From the NCBI GenBank assembly GCA_049700215.1, contig JBNAVT010000013.1, forward strand, positions 17,278 to 50,311: a stretch of DNA of 33,034 bases, written 5' to 3'. The notes under the pieces were generated by a model. It saw only the letters and a program-made list of their open reading frames with translations, was not told the origin of the DNA and did not search any database. Origin of the DNA: Thermoproteota archaeon. Lineage in GTDB: Archaea > Thermoproteota > EX4484-205 > JAAOZP01. A program made the position numbers and the translations under genes. Below, piece by piece: positions 9,054-19,485 of the stretch; positions within the stretch are counted from its first letter, which is position 1, and every line of letters begins with the position of its first letter.

Positions 9054-9838
9054 GTAAGCTTGTTGAAGAGCCTCATGCTCTTCTCATGCGCCTCAACAGC
9101 GAGCCTAAGCCCCTCCTCAAAGCCTCCAAGCCTAAGCCTTGTTTCAGCCTCTTCAACCAGCCTAGCCAGCTCAGCAGCCTCCCTCGTAACGCTCCTCCTG
9201 AGCAGCGCTTCGACCGCAGACCTTGCGAGGTAAAGGATTTCGTCAGTAACAGTGTAACGCATGTACGGCGTCCCCTCGAGTTCTGAAAGCCTGCTGTAAA
9301 GGTCGCTTCGCTTCTCCGCGAAGGCTTTCTCCACTAGCATCCCGCCCCAGGACCCGGCTAGTCCAAGAGCCAGGTCAAGATTATACCTGGTAACGGGCTC
9401 AGCCACAACAGGGCTGAAGCCGACCATCACCATCCACCTGCAGATCTCTTGAAGCGCGGTTATGCAGCCCTTTCCCGTTCCGCCTGCCACAGCCACGGCG
9501 ACGGAGGGCCTAACACCCCCACGATAGTTCCTCATCCTGTCCATGAAGCTTTTCGCAAGCCCGTTGACTGAGAGAAAGTAAACCGGCGCTGCGAAGACAA
9601 GCGCGTCACACTCGTTGAAAAGCATCCTCAGCTCAAGCCCATCATCTTTAAGAACACACCTCATGCTCTCCCAGCATTCAGCGTTTCCACACGCTAAGCA
9701 CGGCTGGACCGTTTTCCCAGAGAGGTCGACCAGCTCTACACTAGCACCCTTCTCCACAGCCCCCTCGACTATTCTGGTTAAAATTTTTTTGCAGAGCCCC
9801 TCCTTGTGCGGCGACCCGTTAACAGCCAGGATCCGCAT
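9050..9838 (-). CDS. Iron-sulfur flavoprotein / flavodoxin-like (NADPH-dependent FMN reductase family) with helical C-terminal extension
   Basis: NGSP, Cys cluster CLACGNAEC...C..KDD, APVY, K.FMDR. Confidence 0.85.
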   Translation of the reverse strand: MRILAVNGSPHKEGLCKKILTRIVEGAVEKGASVELVDLSGKTVQPCLACGNAECWESMRCVLKDDGLELRMLFNECDALVFAAPVYFLSVNGLAKSFMDRMRNYRGGVRPSVAVAVAGGTGKGCITALQEICRWMVMVGFSPVVAEPVTRYNLDLALGLAGSWGGMLVEKAFAEKRSDLYSRLSELEGTPYMRYTVTDEILYLARSAVEALLRRSVTREAAELARLVEEAETRLRLGGFEEGLRLAVEAHEKSMRLFNKLT

Positions 9839-10092
9839 GATTAAGAAGCGTGAAGCCTTTTATTAAGGATTCTGAATGCTTGCTGCTGCACAACAGGCGT
9901 GGGATGCTTCAGCAAGCTGATTACGAATGGTTTCCGCCTTGGTAAACGGCTTTGAGAAACACACGCCGCCGGCGTGTCGCTTAAAGACAAGGACAGGTTT
10001 AAAATTTTTCATCAGAAGCGTTTTATACGCATTTTTTTAAAAAATAAGCTTAAAAATACTTATTTTCATAAAAAGCTTAAATATTAGGCTGT

Positions 10093-13000
10093 TTGTCAAC
10101 TTTTGAACAGACAATGAGCAGATTAGAAGCCGGTTACAGGTCCGTTAAGCGTCTGGGGAAAGCGTGGGCCGGAATACTCGTCGCGAGCATGATGCTCCTG
10201 CTCACACCTCTACTGCAGCCAGCCCCCCTGCAGGCTGGAGTAACCAGCCCGAGGGTCGTGCTCTACACTCCGACTCAAAACGGCAACCTGTTTACCGTCG
10301 AGGGGTTTGCAAGCTTCACCATCCCCCCTGGGCAGCCTAGTCAATACCATGTTCAAGTAGTATGGGAGCACGAGGGGGAGCACGAGGGCACGGTTGTTTT
10401 CCAGAACGATTCAGCGGAGCTCCCTCCGCTGAGGGACATGGGGGGAGGGAAATACGAGTTTAATTTCACCGATTCTCAAGCGTTGAACACGGGTGGAGAA
10501 TGGATCGTAAGGGCTAGGCTCTACCACCAGCGGCCCCCTGGGAACGATAATCAGGCAGACGCTTTCGCGACGATCATAATCGAGGCTTTCACCGTGAGCG
10601 TCACCACTGAGCCGGAGGGCTTGAGCATAACTGTAGACGGGGCTGTCTACACTTCCCCGCAAACCTTCACCTGGCTAAGCGGCACTGTGCATACGATCGG
10701 CACCGTGTCGCCGCAGCTTGGGGACGGCACGATTTACACTTGGGTTTCCTGGAGCGACAGCGGGGGAATCAGCCACACTATTGCAGCGACTGGCGACGCT
10801 GTCTACGTCGCCTACTTTAGGAAGCAGTTCTCAGTATGCTTCAGTCAAACAGGCCTCGACGATTCTGCAACCGGGACTGTTGTCACAGTTAACAGTGTTT
10901 CTAAAAGCATGAGTGAACTACCGTTCAGCAACTGGTATGACGAGGATGCTTCAATAAGCTATGGCTACGCTCCCATCGTGGAAAGCTCTGAAACAGGGAA
11001 ACGTTTCAGCCTCCACTCCATCACGGGGCCCGCGTCACCCTTCAGAGTCACCGCTCCCACTCTCGTCACCGGAAACTATGTTATGCAATACTGCTTGAAC
11101 GTTGGAACAGAGCCGGAGGGCCTGGCGGCTATTCCAGGGGGAGGATGGTATGACGCGGGCTCCTTCGTCACTTTAACCGCTCCCGGAGAAATACTTGTTT
11201 CACAGGGTGTTCGCTACAGGTTCAGCCATTGGAGCGTCGACGGAGCGTCGCAGGGCAGCGGGGTCAACCAGGTTACTGCGAAGATGGACATGCCGCACAC
11301 GGCGATAGCCCACTACGTTACTCAATACTACTTGTCTGTAGACTCCCCACACGGGGAGCCTAGCCCGGAGAGCGGATGGTTCGACGCTGGAACAGTGATA
11401 ACCGCGTCAGTAACCTCACCCTGGCCTGTTGATGCCGTCGACACCCGGAGCTTCTGCACCGGGTGGACCGGTACGGGAAGCGTCCCGCCCTCTGGAGCAG
11501 ACACTACAGTAACCTTCACTATCGACGCGCCTTCAAGCATAACCTGGGCTTGGAAAACCCAGTTCCGAGTCGTCTTCACCCAGACGGGCGTGGGAGACGA
11601 CTACACCGGGGTGGTGGTGACTGTAGACGGCGCCGACTACGGGAGGGAGGGACACGCAGCCTGGTGCGACGCTGGGGCAAGCATCGTCTTCACCTACAGG
11701 AGCCCGCTGGTTGCCGCAGCCAACCGGAAGCAGTACGTGCTGACAGGCGTCGACGCTTCCACACCCCTGACTGTCACAGGGCCTGTCACGGTCACAGGCA
11801 GCTATAAAACACAGTACTACGTGGAGGTTTCCACGAGCCACGGAACCGTCAGCCCGGAGAGCGGATGGTTCGACGCGGGTTCAACAGTGGAGATAGCCGC
11901 CGCCGCGCCTCCGACGGTTGAAGGCGAGCGCTTCACCTGGCTGGGATGGGTGGGAACCGGAGCCGGCTCCTACACGGGCATGGAGAACCCTGCTCAAATA
12001 ACTGTTAACAGCCCGATTAGCGAGACAGCCTCCTGGGCACACCAGTATTATCTGACTGTCGACTCGCCCCACGGCACTGTCGGCGGCGGAGGCTGGTATG
12101 ACGAGGGCTCGACAGCGTACGCTACAGTAGCGCCGCTTACGGTAGACGGGCCTGACGGTGCACGCTACGTCTTCACGCATTGGAGCGGCGACGCATCTGG
12201 AACAATATCGCCTTCAAACCCGATCACGATGGACAGGCCTAAGACGGCAGTAGCCTGCTGGAAAACACAGTTCAGCATCGTCTTCACTCAGGAAGGCTTA
12301 GACGGGACAGCAGCCGGGACGGTTGTCACGATAGACGGTTCAGCAAAAACCTTCAGCAGCCTTCCTTTCACAGCTTGGGTTGACAACGGGGCTTCAGTCG
12401 GCTACGTTTTTGAAGAAGTTGTTTCAAGCAGCGCCCCGGGTAGACGGTTCAGGCTTAACAGTGTAAACGGGCCGGCTTCACCCGTAGTCGTCACAGCCCC
12501 CTTAACCGTAACAGGCAGCTACGTTGCTCAATACGAAGTCACCTTCGCGCAGAGCATGCTTGACGATTCTGCAACCGGGGTTGTAGTGACGGTGGGCGGC
12601 GTCGGGAAGACGATGGCTGACCTTCCTTTCACAGGCTGGTTTGACAGCGGGGCGACATACTCCTACAGCAGTATTGTCCCAAGCACGGAGCCGGGTAAAA
12701 GGTTCAGGCTGGAGAGCGTAACCGGGCCGGCTTCGCCGATAACAGGCCCCGGCACGGTTGCAGGCGTCTACGTGCCGCAGTACAGGCTGGTCTTCACACA
12801 GACAGGTTTAGACAACACTGTAACCGGGACTGTCGTCACGGTTAACGGTGCTCCGAAAACCATTTCGGAAACACCGTTCGCGACAGACTGGCTTGACCAG
12901 GGTTCCCTGGTTTCCTTCGAGTACTCCGACCCTGCGGCAAGCCTGGTTGAAGGCAAGCGGTTTAGGCTCGTGAGCGTGAGCCACGCTTCCCCGCTGACAG

Positions 13001-16000
13001 TCACGCAGCCCGCTACAGTGACCGGCAACTATGTTGCACAATGGCTGGTCGCCTTCACGGTTAACCCGCCTGGCGCTGGAGCAACTGTTCCGTCCGGGGC
13101 AGACTGGTATGACGCCGGCGCCCAGGTCAGCGTCTCAGCCGAAGCCAGCGCGGGATACTCTTTCTCAGAATGGAGCGTGAACACCCCGTTAATAACCGTA
13201 GCAGACGCTTCATCGAAGCAGACTATCGTAACCGTAAACGGCCAGGGCACTGTGACAGCATGCTTCACACCTTTCTACACCATCTCCTTCACCCAGGCTG
13301 GTTTACCGCCTGGAACAGAGTGGAGCGTAACCTTCAACGGGGCTACGAAGTTCTCAACCGCCAGCATCATTGTCTTCAGCGACATCCTCCCCGGAGACTA
13401 CTCGTGGAGCGTTTCGACGCCTATCTATGCGGACCCGGGTGTGAGATACGTGGCTTCACAGTCTTCCGGAACAGTAAGCGTGCCCTCGCAGCTGACGCAG
13501 ACAATAGTTTTCACAGCCCAGTACAGGGTTGCAATATCATGGTCTGGTCTCGGCGCCGACGCCGACGGTGGGAAAGTGGCTACGATAACCGTGGGCGGCA
13601 CCATCTACGTCAGGAATGCTGGAGAAGCTTTCTACGAGGAGTGGGTTGACGCTGGAACCACCGTGGGCTATTCTTACGAGGAGTTCGCATCAACCACGGT
13701 TGATGGGAAAAGGTATAGGCTTTACTCCGTCTCCGGAAGCTCTGGAAGCATCTCCCACGACTTCGGACCTGTTTCGGAACCGGTTTACGAGACAGCTTAC
13801 TACAGGGCTCAATACTACATTGAGGTTGTCAGCGCCCACGGCAGCCCAACGGCCTCAAGCTGGGTTGACGAGGGAAGCAGCTTCACCGCCTCGGTGACAA
13901 GCCCGGCTGAAACCGTGGTTAACGATCACCAGTGGGTTTGCACAGGCTTCAGGGTTGACGAGAACCCTGTTCAAGAGGGTGTGGGCCATACTTTCGAGAG
14001 CGTGGAGGCGCCGCACACCATAGTGTTCTACTGGAGGCAGCAGTTCTGGATACAGGTGAACAGCGCCCACGGTTCTCCAACACCCTCCCAGTGGGTGGAC
14101 CAGGGTGGAAGCCTCGCTGTGAGCGTAGCCTCGCCCGCGGACGAGTCCGGCGGGTCCAGGTTCAGGTGCACAGGCTACACGCTCGACAGCAACCCGCCGG
14201 TTGAAGACGGGAGCACGAGCCATGTTTTCACGAACGTTCAGAGCGCTCACACCATTACTTTCAACTGGATCATCCAGTACAGGGTTACTTTCTACACTAA
14301 TCCGGAGGGCGGGAGCATAACCGTGGGAGGAGTAGTTAAGAACAGTGGGGAGAGCGAGTTTTACGACGAGGGGGCAGCCGTCCCAGTTGCTCCCGGCGCT
14401 ACCGCAGGCTACTTGTTCTCAAGCTGGACAGTAACCGGCGGAGTGACTGTGGAAGACCCTGCTAGCGAGACGACCGTTATGAGGGTTGGCGGAGCGGGAA
14501 GCCTTTCAGCCAACTTCGTCGTAAACACTGTTTCAATAACCGTTACTTCAAGCCCGGTTACAGGCGGAGGCTTCATCATGGTTGACGGCACCCCCTACGC
14601 CACGCCGGCGGCATTCACATGGGTAATCGGCTCAACCCATGTTCTGGAGGCTGTTTCAACAGTCTCAGGCCCAGCGGGCACCAGGTACGTCTGGACAGGT
14701 TGGAGCGACGGCGGGGCTCAGAGCCATGTCTACACTGTTCCCAGCACGCCTGAGACTTTGACGGCATTCTTCAAAACCCAGTATTATCTGAACGTGGTTT
14801 CACCCCACGACACGCCCGGGGGCTCAGGCTGGTATGACGAGGACTCGACAGCGTACGCAACCCTTGAAGCTGGAAGCGTGGTGGAGAACGGTGTGCAATA
14901 CTTGTTCACCGGCTGGAGCGGCGACGCGTCTGGAACCAGCTTAATAAGCAACCCGATGATGATGAACGGGCCTAAGACTGCTGTGGCGAACTGGGTGGCG
15001 GGAGCATACACCGTCACCTTCGACAAGAGCCCCAGGCAGGGAGTAATCACGGTGGACGGCACTGTTTACACGAGCCTACCGGTGGTTCTCCAATGGGTTC
15101 CAGGATCATCCCACGAGGTGGTTGCTCCGGAAACCGAGGGAGCTGGAGGCACAAGGTATGTTTTCAGAGAGTGGTCAGACGGCTCAACCCTAGCGAGCAG
15201 AACAATCGTTGCAGACACGCCTGGAGCAGTCTACACTGCTTACTACAACGTGCAGCACAGGCTGACAGTACGTTCTGAACACGGCGTAACCACGGGCTCC
15301 GGATGGTACGACGAGGGTGTTGAAGCAGTCTTCTCCGTCTCGCCCACCGTAGTCAGGGACGAGTCGGAGGGAGTGGAGTACAGGTTTAAAGGCTGGGTTG
15401 GAAGCGGCGCCGGCGCATGCTACACTGGGCCTGATAATCCTGCGCGAGTATTAATGACCGGGCCTGTTGAAGAAACAGCGGAATGGGAGCCGACAATGTA
15501 CTATTTGAAGGTTGTCAGCATGTACGGCGACCCGTATGGGAGCGGCTGGTATCCTGCAAACTCTGAAGCGAGATTCGGGGTTAACACGCCTGTGAACCAT
15601 GGGAACGGGACGCTTAGAGTGTTCCTAGCCTGGTCTGGAGACATAAGCCTCAGGGAGCCTGCTGGAACCCTGTTGATGGTTAAGCCTTACGCTGTAATAG
15701 CCGGCTGGGATACTCAATACCTCGTGGTCTACAACACTACTGCTCCAAACGGGGTTCTGCTATCCATTCCGAGAGTGCCTCAAACCCTGCCCCCTGGCTT
15801 CAACGTTTACGCCGCGTACTACCCCGCTGGCAGCAGCGTTGAAGTCGGGCCGGCGCCTGAAACCGTGTACGGGGCTGAGGACGTGAGATACTGTTTCGAA
15901 GCCTGGGCGATAGACGGGGAGCCTGCTGCTTCAAGCCTGAACCTGACCTTCACCGTAGATAAGCCTCTAAACGTCTCAGTAATATACGGGATCGAGATAC

Positions 16001-16635
16001 TTCTTACTGTAAACGTCGTAGGCGTGAGCCAGCCGTACACGGTTAGGCTGACGGTGGAGAAGAGCCCAGCCCACGTGTTCGACATCACCCCCGCGTCACC
16101 GTTCAGAGAATGGGTTAGAAAGGATTCTACAGTAACCCTCACAGTCTCAAGCCCGAACAAGATTGGCCGCGGCGAGTGGGCTGTTTTCAGAGAATGGGCT
16201 GGGGACGTTCAAGGGGTTCAGAGAACAGTCTCGTTTAAAGCCTCCAGCCCAACAACTGTGAACGCGGTGTTCTTCGCAGTCAACCCGGTGGCGCAGTCAA
16301 TACCCTTCTCGCTTCTAGCCGGCTTAGCGTCAACAGTCGTCTCACACTTAATCCGGAGGCGTGGAGGAGGGCGGCGGCGCTTCCGGCGCTACTCTCCAAC
16401 CCTGGCAGTAATGACGCTAACAGCTGTGCTGGCTGCGGCTGCAATAGTCAGCTCCGCCGTGGCCGCGGGCTACGGGATAGACGCGTGGGAGCTCCCCGAC
16501 TTCACAAACTGGGCTGTAGTGTTCACTGCTGTTGAGGCAGCCGTCTTCCTGGCGGCTACGCTGCTCGCCACAAGACTAGCCTACCCGAGGAAGGTTGAGA
16601 TCCCCGCGATCTACCCGAACCCCTACGGTGTTTAA
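10093..16635 (+). CDS. Giant (about 2180 aa) cell-surface protein of tandem beta-sandwich repeats (InlB-B/Flg_new-like and thermopsin-tail-like) with signal peptide and C-terminal TM helices; may start at ATG 10114
   Basis: Hydrophobic N-terminus; recurring QYYL.V.S.HG...G.GWYD.G, FxQxGLD..ATG.VVTV.G and ITVDG..Y..P..F.W...WSDG units; one GLPPGTEWSV unit; 2-3 hydrophobic helices at the end. Confidence 0.85.
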   Translation: MSTFEQTMSRLEAGYRSVKRLGKAWAGILVASMMLLLTPLLQPAPLQAGVTSPRVVLYTPTQNGNLFTVEGFASFTIPPGQPSQYHVQVVWEHEGEHEGTVVFQNDSAELPPLRDMGGGKYEFNFTDSQALNTGGEWIVRARLYHQRPPGNDNQADAFATIIIEAFTVSVTTEPEGLSITVDGAVYTSPQTFTWLSGTVHTIGTVSPQLGDGTIYTWVSWSDSGGISHTIAATGDAVYVAYFRKQFSVCFSQTGLDDSATGTVVTVNSVSKSMSELPFSNWYDEDASISYGYAPIVESSETGKRFSLHSITGPASPFRVTAPTLVTGNYVMQYCLNVGTEPEGLAAIPGGGWYDAGSFVTLTAPGEILVSQGVRYRFSHWSVDGASQGSGVNQVTAKMDMPHTAIAHYVTQYYLSVDSPHGEPSPESGWFDAGTVITASVTSPWPVDAVDTRSFCTGWTGTGSVPPSGADTTVTFTIDAPSSITWAWKTQFRVVFTQTGVGDDYTGVVVTVDGADYGREGHAAWCDAGASIVFTYRSPLVAAANRKQYVLTGVDASTPLTVTGPVTVTGSYKTQYYVEVSTSHGTVSPESGWFDAGSTVEIAAAAPPTVEGERFTWLGWVGTGAGSYTGMENPAQITVNSPISETASWAHQYYLTVDSPHGTVGGGGWYDEGSTAYATVAPLTVDGPDGARYVFTHWSGDASGTISPSNPITMDRPKTAVACWKTQFSIVFTQEGLDGTAAGTVVTIDGSAKTFSSLPFTAWVDNGASVGYVFEEVVSSSAPGRRFRLNSVNGPASPVVVTAPLTVTGSYVAQYEVTFAQSMLDDSATGVVVTVGGVGKTMADLPFTGWFDSGATYSYSSIVPSTEPGKRFRLESVTGPASPITGPGTVAGVYVPQYRLVFTQTGLDNTVTGTVVTVNGAPKTISETPFATDWLDQGSLVSFEYSDPAASLVEGKRFRLVSVSHASPLTVTQPATVTGNYVAQWLVAFTVNPPGAGATVPSGADWYDAGAQVSVSAEASAGYSFSEWSVNTPLITVADASSKQTIVTVNGQGTVTACFTPFYTISFTQAGLPPGTEWSVTFNGATKFSTASIIVFSDILPGDYSWSVSTPIYADPGVRYVASQSSGTVSVPSQLTQTIVFTAQYRVAISWSGLGADADGGKVATITVGGTIYVRNAGEAFYEEWVDAGTTVGYSYEEFASTTVDGKRYRLYSVSGSSGSISHDFGPVSEPVYETAYYRAQYYIEVVSAHGSPTASSWVDEGSSFTASVTSPAETVVNDHQWVCTGFRVDENPVQEGVGHTFESVEAPHTIVFYWRQQFWIQVNSAHGSPTPSQWVDQGGSLAVSVASPADESGGSRFRCTGYTLDSNPPVEDGSTSHVFTNVQSAHTITFNWIIQYRVTFYTNPEGGSITVGGVVKNSGESEFYDEGAAVPVAPGATAGYLFSSWTVTGGVTVEDPASETTVMRVGGAGSLSANFVVNTVSITVTSSPVTGGGFIMVDGTPYATPAAFTWVIGSTHVLEAVSTVSGPAGTRYVWTGWSDGGAQSHVYTVPSTPETLTAFFKTQYYLNVVSPHDTPGGSGWYDEDSTAYATLEAGSVVENGVQYLFTGWSGDASGTSLISNPMMMNGPKTAVANWVAGAYTVTFDKSPRQGVITVDGTVYTSLPVVLQWVPGSSHEVVAPETEGAGGTRYVFREWSDGSTLASRTIVADTPGAVYTAYYNVQHRLTVRSEHGVTTGSGWYDEGVEAVFSVSPTVVRDESEGVEYRFKGWVGSGAGACYTGPDNPARVLMTGPVEETAEWEPTMYYLKVVSMYGDPYGSGWYPANSEARFGVNTPVNHGNGTLRVFLAWSGDISLREPAGTLLMVKPYAVIAGWDTQYLVVYNTTAPNGVLLSIPRVPQTLPPGFNVYAAYYPAGSSVEVGPAPETVYGAEDVRYCFEAWAIDGEPAASSLNLTFTVDKPLNVSVIYGIEILLTVNVVGVSQPYTVRLTVEKSPAHVFDITPASPFREWVRKDSTVTLTVSSPNKIGRGEWAVFREWAGDVQGVQRTVSFKASSPTTVNAVFFAVNPVAQSIPFSLLAGLASTVVSHLIRRRGGGRRRFRRYSPTLAVMTLTAVLAAAAIVSSAVAAGYGIDAWELPDFTNWAVVFTAVEAAVFLAATLLATRLAYPRKVEIPAIYPNPYGV
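11362..11876 (+). repeat. Identical 26-bp intragenic repeat AGCCCGGAGAGCGGATGGTTCGACGC (11362-11387 and 11851-11876)
   Basis: Read directly; encodes SPESGWFDA in two repeat units. Confidence 0.85.
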
Positions 16636-16713
16636 GATGGGAGTTAGACAACTCATGGACAAACAACGTCTTTATAGCAACGTTAAACCTAGGTTAAGGG
16701 GATTGATGGAGAG

Positions 16714-17817
16714 TTGAAGGAGCTAAGGGAACTCAGTGAGACTCACGTCCACTTCCTGAGACAGCCGTACGGCTCCTTCTACTCCATGGACAGCCTCGAC
16801 CTGAAAATCGTTGAAGAAGTCCGTAAGCGTGGCCCGAGCAACATTGCGGAAATATCTAGAGTGTTAAACGTGGCGCCGTCGACAGTCTCGAGGAGAATGG
16901 ATAAAATGGCTGAGAGCCTCAAGCTCAGGATCCTGACGAACCTCGCCTACCATAAGATAGGCATTAGGAGAGCGATGGTTGAGATTGAGCCTGAAGCCTG
17001 GAACGAGGCGGAGGTAATGGGGAGAGTCTCATCCTTAAACTACTGGTTCCAATCCTACAGGATCCTTGGGAGCATGGGCTACCTAGTTGGCTTCAAGATA
17101 CCGGATGTGTTCTACCATTCTTACGAGTCGATGCTGAACGATCTGAAGGAGAAGTACGGGGTGAGGCGCCTCAGCATGCACCCGCTCGGCGAAATAGTTG
17201 GCGTCGGCCCCTGTTTCCAAAACTATGACGCTGAGGCTAAGAAATGGAGGATTAACTGGAGCGACGTTAGGAGGAGCCTGACCGAATCAAGCCCAATAAT
17301 CCTGGAAGACCCTGTCGGCTACAGCATGGAGGCAGACCCGCTGGATGTTCAAATAATGCTCATTCTCGAGAGCGATGCACGGGTCACAATGTCGGAGATC
17401 GCCAGCGTCACAGGGGTCTCTGTCCCAACCGTGTCGAACAGGATTAGGAGGCTGACGGCGAACGGGCTGATCCTCGGCTACGTTGCAAACATCCTCCCGT
17501 TCCCGCTGGAGGACTCGCGACTCCTCCAGCTAGTGGCGGAGTTCCCGGGGGGAGCAGAGATGCAGACTTTCGCCTCAGGCCTCCTGCAGACGCCTTTCCT
17601 CCTGAGCTTCCAGAAGGAGATTATGAAGACAACGCTCTTCGCGAGGCTTTACCTGCCTAACCGGGAGTTCCCCTCGCTATCCGACCTCTTGAGAAGCCTT
17701 GTGAAAGACGGGTTTCTGAAAGGCTTTAAAATTATTGAGCTGGACATTGTGAGCGAGCAGTCTAGAAAAATACCTTTAGAGCTTTTGGATTCTAAAGGCA
17801 GGTGGCAATTCGGCTGA
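16714..17817 (+). CDS. Tandem (double) Lrp/AsnC-type winged-HTH transcriptional regulator
   Basis: Two HTH modules: DSLDLKIV...IAEISRVLNVAPSTVSRRM and DPLDVQIM..LESDARVTMSEIASVTGVSVPTVSNRIRRL. Confidence 0.8.
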   Translation: MKELRELSETHVHFLRQPYGSFYSMDSLDLKIVEEVRKRGPSNIAEISRVLNVAPSTVSRRMDKMAESLKLRILTNLAYHKIGIRRAMVEIEPEAWNEAEVMGRVSSLNYWFQSYRILGSMGYLVGFKIPDVFYHSYESMLNDLKEKYGVRRLSMHPLGEIVGVGPCFQNYDAEAKKWRINWSDVRRSLTESSPIILEDPVGYSMEADPLDVQIMLILESDARVTMSEIASVTGVSVPTVSNRIRRLTANGLILGYVANILPFPLEDSRLLQLVAEFPGGAEMQTFASGLLQTPFLLSFQKEIMKTTLFARLYLPNREFPSLSDLLRSLVKDGFLKGFKIIELDIVSEQSRKIPLELLDSKGRWQFG

Positions 17818-17839
17818 AAAAAGGCTGGTCGCTGAAGCC

Positions 17840-17851
17840 TAGCGCGCGCTA
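17840..17851. repeat. Perfect 12-bp palindrome TAGCGCGCGCTA (motif consensus)
   Basis: Read directly; intergenic, 22 nt after the regulator stop. Confidence 0.9.
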
Positions 17852-18069
17852 CTTTTCTTCCAAAAACTACGGGTTACGCTTTCCGACAGGCAACCAGCCT
17901 TTTAAAATGGTTTAGAGGCAGCAGGCTCTTCCCCGGTTCACGCTTAGAAGCCTTCGATGCTCAGCAGGCTGCCTTCAAACCCTGTCTGTATTCTTCAACG
18001 CAGACAAAAGTGTCTGTCTTTTTCAAGCCGAACTGAATCATAAGTATAGATAAATCTACATTTTTCCCT

Positions 18070-19434
18070 GTGGCGGGTTTAGAAAGACCGGGGAAAATCC
18101 TTATTCGAGTCCTATTGATAGCGATAATGATTCTCCCCTGCTGCCCGCTTCTAAACCATGCTGTGGCCGAGACACCCGCCGGCTACGACCTGCTGATCAT
18201 CGGGCCAGAATCCTACAGGAGCATCCTGCAGCGCCTTCTAGAATTCAAGGCGGCGCAAGGAGTGAAAACCATGTTCTTCACGATCGAACAGATCAGCATG
18301 AACGCCACGGGGCCGCGTGCCGCTGAAAAACTCCACGAGTTCGTCGCCGGAGAATACGAGAAGTACGGCGTCAAGTATCTCCTCCTCGTGGGAACATACG
18401 AGCAGGTGCCCACCAAGTACGTTTACTCGCCTAGCGACGAGCATGGGCTGGCTGATTTCAACTATAAGCCGTCAGACTGGTATTACGGGGTCCCAGACTG
18501 GAACGACTCTGAAGTCGGCCTCCTCGGCGGAAACATTCCGAGGATCGCTGTCGGAAGACTACCCGTTAGAAACGGGGAGGAGCTGGACCGTTTAATCCGG
18601 AAGATCATCAGGGTGGAAACAGGTTTTCAACCAGGCTTGCTCCTAATCCTGAACGACCCGCGTGTCGACGCTGAACCCCTAGCTGAAGCCCTGGGCGCTC
18701 ACCACCCGGCGTGCGTGGACGCGACGGTGAAAAACCTAGACCCCTCCCTCTTCAACAACGTGACCTACCTGGTGACGGTAACCCACGGCAGCCCGGACGC
18801 GCTTTTCACCAGAACGCCTGACGGAGAGCTGAAACCCCTGATAACGTCCAGGGAGGCGAGCCGGGTGACTTGGAACTACGCTATTCACTACATGGCCGCC
18901 TGCTTCTCTGGAGCGCTCGACCTAGACGGGGAGAGCCTGGCCCGCGTCCTCGTAACGTCGGAAGAGGGACCAGCCCTAGTGATAGCCAGCACCCGGACAG
19001 AGTCCTCCGGCAACCCTATTCTAACCGTTTTCTGGGAAAGGTTTTTCGCAACCGGGGACGTGGGCAGCTCGTTCATAGAGGCTGTTGAAACATACCTGCT
19101 TGACGAGAGAGTCTTCTCAACCTCTAAGCACCTGTTCAACGCGTATAATCTCTACTTGACTAAGGAGATATATGGAGACGTGTCCTGGAGGATTAGAGAC
19201 CCGGGGAGCAGCATAAGGGGTGAGAGCGCCACGCGTAATCCAGACACGCCGGTGGGAAACAGTGTTAAAGAACCCTTGAACACGGGCCCCGCTGAGAAAA
19301 CAGCCCCGCCGTTGGGAAGCACCATTATCCTCATGCTGGCCCCCGCGTTTTCAACCTGCATGCTCGCCGCGGGGCTGAGGCTGTTCGCAAGGAGGCGGCA
19401 GCCCCGTTTATCAAGCCGGGCGGGCCGTCAATAG
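18070..19434 (+). CDS. Peptidase C25 (gingipain-like) family cysteine peptidase, secreted and membrane-anchored
   Basis: YLLLVG..VP, SDWYY and IAVGRLP motifs; putative catalytic H (THG) and C (AAC); signal peptide and C-terminal hydrophobic helix. Confidence 0.8.
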   Translation: MAGLERPGKILIRVLLIAIMILPCCPLLNHAVAETPAGYDLLIIGPESYRSILQRLLEFKAAQGVKTMFFTIEQISMNATGPRAAEKLHEFVAGEYEKYGVKYLLLVGTYEQVPTKYVYSPSDEHGLADFNYKPSDWYYGVPDWNDSEVGLLGGNIPRIAVGRLPVRNGEELDRLIRKIIRVETGFQPGLLLILNDPRVDAEPLAEALGAHHPACVDATVKNLDPSLFNNVTYLVTVTHGSPDALFTRTPDGELKPLITSREASRVTWNYAIHYMAACFSGALDLDGESLARVLVTSEEGPALVIASTRTESSGNPILTVFWERFFATGDVGSSFIEAVETYLLDERVFSTSKHLFNAYNLYLTKEIYGDVSWRIRDPGSSIRGESATRNPDTPVGNSVKEPLNTGPAEKTAPPLGSTIILMLAPAFSTCMLAAGLRLFARRRQPRLSSRAGRQ

Positions 19435-19485
19435 ACGGCTGGGGCGCTGAAAGTTTAAAAACGATGACTCCATCCCCGGATTAAG

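Noticed and set aside
10411-16160. Numerous short alternative-frame and antisense ORFs within the giant gene (and within other long genes)
   Set aside because: No recognisable motifs; expected shadows in moderately GC-rich coding DNA.
17840-17860. Palindrome plus T-rich tract as an intrinsic terminator or regulator operator
   Set aside because: Possible locally, but the same motif occurs inside broken genes, so a terminator or operator role does not explain the family.
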